A DNA stretch of 32,000 bases. It comes from Hyperthermus butylicus DSM 5456 (GTDB taxonomy: Archaea > Thermoproteota > Thermoprotei_A > Sulfolobales > Pyrodictiaceae). Within the stretch, counting starts at the first letter, position 1. Each line of letters begins with the position of its first letter. Position numbers and translations under genes: made by a program. The notes under the pieces are model-generated. The model worked only from the letters and a program-made list of their open reading frames with translations, was not told the origin of the DNA and ran no database searches. The stretch lies in the NCBI RefSeq assembly GCF_000015145.1, contig NC_008818.1, forward strand, positions 420,001-452,000. The letters run 5' to 3'. This document shows, in pieces, positions 31,790-32,000 of this stretch.

Positions 31790-32000
31790 CTAGGAATTAT
31801 CCCCCTTAACAGTTTTCCTAAGCCTAATAGCCTCACCCCAACACTCGTTCTCAAGTATTTCCGTCGGCGATAATCTTAGTCTGCCGACACCTACAAGCTC
31901 GCCACTAGAGTTTAACACGATAACCTCATCGCCGGGCCGGAGATCATGATCAATAGTTTCTATAATTCTACAATTAATGCTCTTGGAGGGAGGTGTTTCA
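31790..32000 (-). CDS. PUA-domain protein, C-terminal fragment (gene starts beyond the right edge)
   Basis: My own minus-strand translation gives ETPPSKSINCRIIETIDHDLRPGDEVIVLNSSGELVGVGRLRLSPTEILENECWGEAIRLRKTVKGDNS*, with the stop TAG at 31792-31790. The pattern PGDxVxV...G.lvGvG... is typical of PUA domains. It is not in the ORF track because it is truncated. Confidence 0.6.
   Translation of the reverse strand, partial: ETPPSKSINCRIIETIDHDLRPGDEVIVLNSSGELVGVGRLRLSPTEILENECWGEAIRLRKTVKGDNS

Noticed and set aside
1-32000. CRISPR arrays, IS elements/transposases, integrases, rRNA genes, toxin-antitoxin or defence-system genes
   Set aside because: I scanned for regularly spaced direct repeats, terminal inverted repeats with transposase-like ORFs, and characteristic protein motifs, and found none. 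The PIN protein is the conserved housekeeping type in its usual aIF2-gamma/rpo7 context, not a VapC-like toxin with a partner antitoxin.

Overview
The window reads as a core chromosomal segment of a hyperthermophilic crenarchaeon. I infer a Desulfurococcales/Pyrodictiaceae-like organism from gene content, about 53% GC and GC-rich tRNA stems; this was not checked against any database. It is densely packed on both strands with information-processing genes. Ribosomal proteins: S15 (partial), S27ae, S24e, S6e, S8e, L38e. Translation factors: aIF2-gamma, aIF5B. Transcription machinery: Rpo7/E', Spt4, Rpo8, TFB and a TFE-beta/RPC34-like protein. RNA modification: Kae1 and Bud32 (KEOPS), Gar1, Trm1, a NOL1/NOP2/Sun methyltransferase, archaeosine tRNA-guanine transglycosylase and SmAP3. 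DNA repair and nucleases: AGOG glycosylase, short XPF, a DHH/DHHA1 phosphoesterase and a DUF429-like protein. House-cleaning NTPases: HAM1 and YjjX types. CoA-pathway genes: a DUF359-type dephospho-CoA kinase and a frameshifted ketopantoate reductase. There are two tRNA genes with encoded CCA: tRNA-Thr(GGU), and tRNA-Tyr(GUA) with a 91-nt intron at the canonical 37/38 position. By eye I saw no rRNA, CRISPR array, transposase/IS element or integrase. All protein calls rest on motifs I recognise in the supplied translations, not on searches. I did not find an unambiguous new multi-gene system. The most unexplained items are: the unusually long GC-rich tRNA-Tyr intron; a molybdopterin-domain protein with an unrecognised ~200-aa N-terminal region in a compositionally heterogeneous inter-tRNA segment; two orphan proteins (446 aa coupled to aIF5B, and a 258-aa membrane-anchored protein); a Gar1 with a eukaryote-like Arg/Gly-rich tail; two apparent frameshifted genes; and GC-rich hairpin-bearing spacers with a shared ~22-nt motif upstream of two ribosomal protein genes.
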